Positions 59,016 through 64,000 of a DNA stretch of 64,000 nucleotides are shown one piece after another. Within the stretch, counting starts at the first letter, position 1. Each line of letters opens with the position of its first letter. A program made the position numbers and the translations under genes. The stretch lies in contig JBDRBB010000009.1 in NCBI GenBank assembly GCA_043823065.1, forward strand, positions 32,001 through 96,000. The letters are read 5' to 3'. Origin of the DNA: Pseudomonadota bacterium. Lineage in GTDB: Bacteria; UBA10199; 2-02-FULL-44-16; DYJF01. Under the pieces are notes generated by a model. That model saw only the letters and a list, made by a program, of their open reading frames with translations, searched no databases and was not told the DNA's origin.

Positions 59016-59655
59016 GATCATTAAAATCAGGCAGATTTTAATGCTTGCTAGCATGTTAATTTTTTTAAGTCTTAATGCTTTTGCAGTTGAGATGGTTGAT
59101 CGTGTTGTGGCTGTGGTAGATGGAGACGTGGTCACCATGTCAGATTTAGAAGAAATTATAGATATGACCCCTAAACAGGGTCGGCCAATTTTAGAACAGA
59201 AGATGGAAAACTTTAGAAGCGAAGCTTTGGATGGCTTAATTGATGATATCTTGCTTAGACATGAGATTGAAAAAACAAAAATAGAAGTTAATGAAGAAGA
59301 ATTAACTAGGGCCATTGCCAGCGTTTTACGTCAAAATCAGATAAGCCCAGAACAGTTACGCACAGACTTGGCTAAAAAAGGTATTAGTTATGATGTTTAT
59401 AAACAGCAGATTACAGATCAAATAAAGATGATTAAATTTGTTAATCAAGTGATTGGTTCCCAAATAAAAATTGAGGAACTTGAGTTAAGAGATTATTTTA
59501 AAAAGCATCAAGATATGTTTGGTGGCGGAGATGTAGATTTTGAGAAGGCCAAGGAAAAAGTGCATGATGCCTTATATGAAGAAAAAACCCAGGAAGGTTT
59601 GCAAAATTATTTGTTTCGTTTGCGTCAAAAGGCTTACATAGATATTAGACTTTAG
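59002..59655 (+). CDS. surA: SurA N-terminal domain protein (no PPIase domain)
   Basis: Signal peptide, VDRVVAVVDGDVVT.SD, C-terminal LRQKAYIDI; located upstream of pdxA. Confidence 0.78.
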   Translation: MKLIKIIKIRQILMLASMLIFLSLNAFAVEMVDRVVAVVDGDVVTMSDLEEIIDMTPKQGRPILEQKMENFRSEALDGLIDDILLRHEIEKTKIEVNEEELTRAIASVLRQNQISPEQLRTDLAKKGISYDVYKQQITDQIKMIKFVNQVIGSQIKIEELELRDYFKKHQDMFGGGDVDFEKAKEKVHDALYEEKTQEGLQNYLFRLRQKAYIDIRL

Positions 59656-59662
59656 TTACTTT

Positions 59663-60709
59663 ATGGAGGAGATGATGTCGCGGATTGGTATCACCATGGG
59701 TGACCCAAAAGGTGTAGGTCCAGAACTTATTGCCAAGGCTTGGAAAGAAATGGAGCCGGCCATTCGTCAAAAGATACGTATTTATGGAGATCGCACTGTT
59801 TTAGATGTTTCAGCCAAAATGGTGGGCACGACATTTGATCCAAAACAACTGGTCATTACCTCTAGCGTTGCCGGTCCAGTTGGTAATATTTCTGAACCAG
59901 ACGCTTCCAGGATTACACTTCTTGCCCTAAAGGCGGCCATTGTTGATATAAAAGCAGGTTCTATAGATGCTTTGGTAACCGCACCAGTCAATAAGTTTCG
60001 CATGCAGATTACCGAACCCAATTTTACTGGTCATACAGAAACTTTGGCCAAAGCAGCTGGTGTGCGCGATGTAATTATGATGTTTGCCTGTCCGCCTGTT
60101 ATGCCTGATAGTACCTTGGCCAAACAAGTTGGATTGCCCATTGCTAATCTTTGTTCTGCAAATACTAAACCAATTTACTATGACAAGCTGCGCATTAGTT
60201 TGGTCACCACTCATTTACCTCTGAAAGAGGTCTCAGCTCATATTAGCAAACATAAAATTTTGACCACCATCCATTTAACCGTTGAAGCGCTTAAACGCTT
60301 TTTTGATTGTGAGCGTCCCAGGATTGCCGTGTTAAGTTTAAATCCTCATGCAGGAGAAGGTGGCGTGCTTGGTACAGAGGAAGAGGAAGTTATTGTTCCG
60401 GCAATTGGTCGGGCCAGAAAAGAAGGGATTATTTGTTTTGGTCCTTTTACTTCAGATGCGCTTTTCGGTAAAAAAGAAATTGATTTTGATGCAGTGATTG
60501 CCATGTATCATGATCAGGGTTTAACACCCATGAAGATTATCTGCCCGGATCGGGTGGTAAATGTAACATTAGGACTGCCATTTGTCCGCACATCGCCAGG
60601 TCATGGCACTGCTGAAGATATTGCGTGGCGTGGTCAAGCCAGGTCAGAAAGTATGATTTCTGCAATTGAAATGGCAGATCATTTATTAAGAAAACAAGGC
60701 AAGGTTTAG
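59663..60709 (+). CDS. pdxA: 4-hydroxythreonine-4-phosphate dehydrogenase
   Basis: ITMGDP.GVGPE, VTAPVNK, GHTE, TTHLPL, LNPHAGE, MYHDQG, RTSPGHGTA; the start may be 59672 or 59675. Confidence 0.93.
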   Translation: MEEMMSRIGITMGDPKGVGPELIAKAWKEMEPAIRQKIRIYGDRTVLDVSAKMVGTTFDPKQLVITSSVAGPVGNISEPDASRITLLALKAAIVDIKAGSIDALVTAPVNKFRMQITEPNFTGHTETLAKAAGVRDVIMMFACPPVMPDSTLAKQVGLPIANLCSANTKPIYYDKLRISLVTTHLPLKEVSAHISKHKILTTIHLTVEALKRFFDCERPRIAVLSLNPHAGEGGVLGTEEEEVIVPAIGRARKEGIICFGPFTSDALFGKKEIDFDAVIAMYHDQGLTPMKIICPDRVVNVTLGLPFVRTSPGHGTAEDIAWRGQARSESMISAIEMADHLLRKQGKV

Positions 60710-60718
60710 GAGGAAGTA

Positions 60719-62125
60719 ATGTCGGAAATAAAATTTGGCACTGATGGCTGGCGGGCAATTGTTGATAAGGATTTTATTCCAGAAAATATCAAAAAAGTTA
60801 TTCAAGCTTTTGCTGACTACTATCCTGAGCTGCCAGAGGCTGGAAGGCCAGTAGCTGTCGGTTACGATCGTCGTAACAAATCCAAAGAATCTGCCGACTT
60901 GATTGCTTCTGTTTTATTGGCCAATAATATTCCAACGATCTTAAGTAATAATTTTTGTCCTACTCCAACTGTTTCTTGGCTGGTTAAAAATAAAAAATGC
61001 GCTGCCGGAATTATGGTAACTGCCAGTCATAATCCTGCTCAATGGAACGGTATTAAATTTAAGGAAAGTTATGGTGGAGCTGCCTCGGAAAAATATGTGC
61101 ATCTTATTGAAGATTATATCGCTAAAAATGAGGTTCAAAGAAAAGTTCCAAAAACAGTAGAGATTAAAAATCATCCTAAATTAGAAATGTTTGATCCTTA
61201 TGGCGAGTATTTGAGTGTTTTTGCGAGCATGGTTGACCTGGATCTGATCAAGAAGAAAAAATATAAGATTGTGATTGATCCTTTATATGGGGCAGGTACA
61301 GGATTTTTTACCAGACTTTTTGGAGATATGGTGGAGGAAATTCATACCAAAGCCGACATTACCTTTGGCGGTTTGCATCCAGAACCAATTCCACCCAATA
61401 CCAATGAATTAGTCGATAAAGTTGAAAAAGGCAAATATACTGCTGGTTTGCTGATGGATGGCGATGCAGACCGGGCAGGGGCTGTTGATGAAACAGGCAA
61501 ATTTGTTACTACTCATGAAATATTTTCGCTCTTAATCAAACATTTGGTTGAGGATAAGAAATGGAAGGGGAAAATTATAAAATCTATTTCCACAACCATG
61601 ATGATTGATCGTTTAGGCAAGAAATATGGGTTGCCAGTTGATACTGTGCCAGTTGGGTTTAAATATATTAGCCCAGCCATGAAAGAGCCAGGAGTTTTAA
61701 TTGGCGGTGAAGAAAGCGGAGGCTTTGGTTTGCCCAGGCATATTCCAGAGCGAGATGGCATCTTTTCTGATTTGCTCTTGCTTGAACTTATGGCCACAAC
61801 TGGCAAAAAATTAAGTGAACTAGTTGCTGATTTGCAAAAAGATGTTGGCCCAACTTTTTACAAGCGGGTTGATAACCATCTTTCTCAAGAACAAATTCAA
61901 AAAGTTAGAGAGCGCATGAAAGATTTAAATATCAAGGCAATTGGCGAGCGCAAAGTTACCAAACACACTACCATAGATGGCCATCATTTCTTGTTTGATG
62001 ATGAAAGCTGGCTACTTTTCCGCGCTTCAGGCACAGAACCTTTAATTCGGGTCTATGCTGAAGCGCCAACCATGGAGCAAGTAGAGGCATTTTTGAAAGA
62101 GGGCATGAAGGCCGTAGGATTGTAA
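60719..62125 (+). CDS. Phosphoglucomutase/phosphomannomutase family protein
   Basis: FGTDGWR, TASHNP, DGDADR, GEESGG, RASGTEP. Confidence 0.95.
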   Translation: MSEIKFGTDGWRAIVDKDFIPENIKKVIQAFADYYPELPEAGRPVAVGYDRRNKSKESADLIASVLLANNIPTILSNNFCPTPTVSWLVKNKKCAAGIMVTASHNPAQWNGIKFKESYGGAASEKYVHLIEDYIAKNEVQRKVPKTVEIKNHPKLEMFDPYGEYLSVFASMVDLDLIKKKKYKIVIDPLYGAGTGFFTRLFGDMVEEIHTKADITFGGLHPEPIPPNTNELVDKVEKGKYTAGLLMDGDADRAGAVDETGKFVTTHEIFSLLIKHLVEDKKWKGKIIKSISTTMMIDRLGKKYGLPVDTVPVGFKYISPAMKEPGVLIGGEESGGFGLPRHIPERDGIFSDLLLLELMATTGKKLSELVADLQKDVGPTFYKRVDNHLSQEQIQKVRERMKDLNIKAIGERKVTKHTTIDGHHFLFDDESWLLFRASGTEPLIRVYAEAPTMEQVEAFLKEGMKAVGL

Positions 62126-62129
62126 AGGC

Positions 62130-62156
62130 TGTCATTCCCGCGAAAGCGGGAATCTA
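62130..62156. repeat. Single GTCATTCCCGC-type palindrome (half element)
   Basis: TGTCATTCCCGCGAAAGCGGGAATCTA. Confidence 0.85.
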
Positions 62157-62167
62157 AATAATAAAAT

Positions 62168-62659
62168 ATGATTTCAGCAAAGACCAAAAATACTGTGCGC
62201 AATGTTTTATGGCCCTTGGTTTTGATCACTATAATTGGTGGCCAATTTTATCCTTGGTTGGGTTTTATTGTGCCCATAGTTATGTTAACCGGAATTATCG
62301 GTGCGGCTATTTACGGAGGTCGTTTTATCTGTGGTTGGATTTGTCCGCGTGGTTCGTTTTATGATTTGGTTATCTCCAAGATATCTAGAAACAAAACAAT
62401 TCCAAAATTTTTTCGAAATTCTTTGGCGCGCTATAGTTTATTAGTCCTGCTCATGGGTTTTATGATTCTGCAAATAGCCTTAGATGCAGGAAATATAACT
62501 CATTGGGGAGTAGTTTTTGTCAGATTGTGTGCGGTAACCACAGCTATTGGCGTAATGTTAGCAATTATTTTTCACCCCCGCACCTGGTGCACATTCTGCC
62601 CCATGGGCACAATTCAAAGTCACCTTGGAAAGAAAAAGACAATTTCCAGTACAACTTAA
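62168..62659 (+). CDS. Membrane 4Fe-4S binding protein (NapH/Fer4_5-like)
   Basis: GRFICGWICPRGS and RTWCTFCPMGT (CxxxCP twice) with transmembrane helices. Confidence 0.85.
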   Translation: MISAKTKNTVRNVLWPLVLITIIGGQFYPWLGFIVPIVMLTGIIGAAIYGGRFICGWICPRGSFYDLVISKISRNKTIPKFFRNSLARYSLLVLLMGFMILQIALDAGNITHWGVVFVRLCAVTTAIGVMLAIIFHPRTWCTFCPMGTIQSHLGKKKTISSTT

Positions 62660-62909
62660 AAATTCCCTTTCGGAGGCAAGGCCTTCAAAGCGGGCGCACG
62701 AAACCGGGTTATTCATCGTTAAAATAGCGCTGTTTTTAAGGCGAGTTAGAGGACTATTAATCCTTAAGGACTACCAAACATTTAAGGTAAATTTTGGATT
62801 TAGCGAAGCAACACCCCCTGTACCAGAATTTCATTTATATCATAAGAATACGGTATTCAAAATATAAAATAAGCTGTATGGCAGACGACGTGCGAAAGAC
62901 GAATTTTGA

Positions 62910-62938
62910 TTGCAAATAGAGGTCCCTCTGGCTACACT
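62910..62938 (+). promoter_or_regulatory. Sigma70 promoter of uvrA (near-leaderless)
   Basis: TTGCAA-N17-TACACT, 8 nt before ATG 62947, no SD. Confidence 0.6.
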
Positions 62939-62946
62939 GACCTGCT

Positions 62947-64000
62947 ATGCCGCCAGGAGATATCATTGTTAAAGGTGCGAAAACGCACAATCTCAAGAAT
63001 ATTGACGTTCAAATTCCTCGGGGAAAATTAGTGGTGGTCACTGGTCTTTCTGGTTCTGGAAAATCCAGCCTGGCCTTTGATACGATTTACGCCGAAGGCC
63101 AGCGCCGGTATGTGGAATCTCTTTCTGCTTATGCTCGCCAGTTTTTGGAGCAAATGGACAAGCCGGATGTAGATTCAATTGAGGGTTTATCCCCAGCTAT
63201 TTCTATTGAACAAAGAAACAGCTCCAGAAATCCCCGTTCTACTGTTGGCACTTCCACGGAAATTTATGATTATTTGCGCCTGCTTTTTGCTAGGATTGGC
63301 AAGCCCCATTGCTATAAATGCGGCCGGCCAATAGCTGCTCAAACTGTTTCGCAGATGGTTGATCAAATATTAGATCTTCCCCAAGACACTAAAATCGTTA
63401 TTTATGCCCCAATTGTTCAAGGTCGCAAAGGCGAATATGTTAAAGAACTAAAAATCTTGGCAAAACAGGGATTTTTACGCGTACGAATCGATCAGCAAAT
63501 GTATGAATTAAGTGAAGAGATTAAATTAGATAAGAAAAAAAAGCATGATATTGATCTCATAATTGATCGTTTGCAGGTTAAGCCAAACGTCAAGTCCAGG
63601 CTAGCTGATTCATTGGAGACTGGGCTTAAATTTGGCAATGGTTTGGTAAAAGTTGAAGGCTCTTCAGCGCCTCTTTTGCTTTCTGAAAAACACGCATGTG
63701 TATATTGCCAAGTTTCTTATCCAGAAATTTCACCCCAGATGTTTAGCTTTAACAGTCCCAAGGGAGCTTGCCAGGCCTGCGATGGTTTAGGCACGCGCCA
63801 GTATTTTGATCCTGATTTGATTATTCCCAACAAAAATCTTTCTTTAAGAGATGGAGCAATTATTCCTTGGCAGAGCAAGACTTCAACCCACTATATTAAT
63901 ATTTGTGAAGCATTGGCTAAGCATTATGGATTCAGCATCTATACTCCCTATAAAGATTTGCCGGACAAAATTAAATCTTTAATTCTGAATGGTTCTGGAG
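62947..64000 (+). CDS. uvrA: Excinuclease ABC subunit A (partial, runs off the window edge)
   Basis: Not in the ORF track. Manual translation [19 protein letters not shown]...[36 protein letters not shown]...[10 protein letters not shown]...FSFNSP.GAC..C.GLG. Confidence 0.97.
   Translation, partial: MPPGDIIVKGAKTHNLKNIDVQIPRGKLVVVTGLSGSGKSSLAFDTIYAEGQRRYVESLSAYARQFLEQMDKPDVDSIEGLSPAISIEQRNSSRNPRSTVGTSTEIYDYLRLLFARIGKPHCYKCGRPIAAQTVSQMVDQILDLPQDTKIVIYAPIVQGRKGEYVKELKILAKQGFLRVRIDQQMYELSEEIKLDKKKKHDIDLIIDRLQVKPNVKSRLADSLETGLKFGNGLVKVEGSSAPLLLSEKHACVYCQVSYPEISPQMFSFNSPKGACQACDGLGTRQYFDPDLIIPNKNLSLRDGAIIPWQSKTSTHYINICEALAKHYGFSIYTPYKDLPDKIKSLILNGSG

Noticed and set aside
62660..62720. GC-rich GGCAAGGCC...GGGCGCACGAAACCGGG segment resembling a c-di-GMP-I riboswitch; also the ORF at 62625-62867
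   Set aside because: The GGCAAA and GCAAA motifs and the P2 stem are not properly formed; the ORF has no RBS or motif
24..62867. Many short ORF-track entries antisense to or overlapping confident genes (e.g. 24-284, 3898-4347, 37965-38171, 53700-54131, 56680-57075)
   Set aside because: They are shadow frames of well-supported genes with no motifs or RBS

Overview
AT-rich, gene-dense chromosomal window from a diderm, probably anaerobic or microaerobic bacterium. The gene content and order (mfd-PPIase-surA-pdxA, TIGR03960/TIGR03936-type radical SAM pair plus rng, sigma54 promoter, PerR-type operon) resemble Deltaproteobacteria/Myxococcota-like lineages; this taxonomy is inferred. Main blocks in order: (1) FAD oxidoreductase, B12-radical SAM and FadL-like porin; (2) acn-icd-aclB-aclA operon with a plant/eukaryote-like two-subunit ATP-citrate lyase; (3) HEPN-MNT toxin-antitoxin pair and a LysR remnant; (4) sigma54-driven metallopeptidase lipoprotein; (5) lgt-orf-ileS-lspA-lgt2-CPBP protease operon; (6) an orphan AAA ATPase, a 5'-truncated coaB and a MITE-like inverted-repeat element; (7) radical SAM genes, ychF, rimO and rng; (8) about 410 nt of non-coding DNA (28502-28915) with extensive predicted secondary structure; (9) a 12-gene PerR-led oxidative-stress operon containing a 2-oxoacid:ferredoxin oxidoreductase, a rubredoxin missed by the ORF track, and mutM; (10) tadA, an apparently catalytically dead HisA homolog, HIT, ALDH, rarD, mfd, surA, pdxA, PGM and a partial uvrA. 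At least five families of short palindromic intergenic repeats are present. I found no rRNA, tRNA, CRISPR array or transposase. The best novelty candidates are the structured non-coding element, the divergent Lgt2 plus CPBP protease pair (possible C-terminal lipidation/sorting machinery), the acn-icd-acl operon and the HisA pseudoenzyme. All calls are by-eye motif recognition; no database searches were run.
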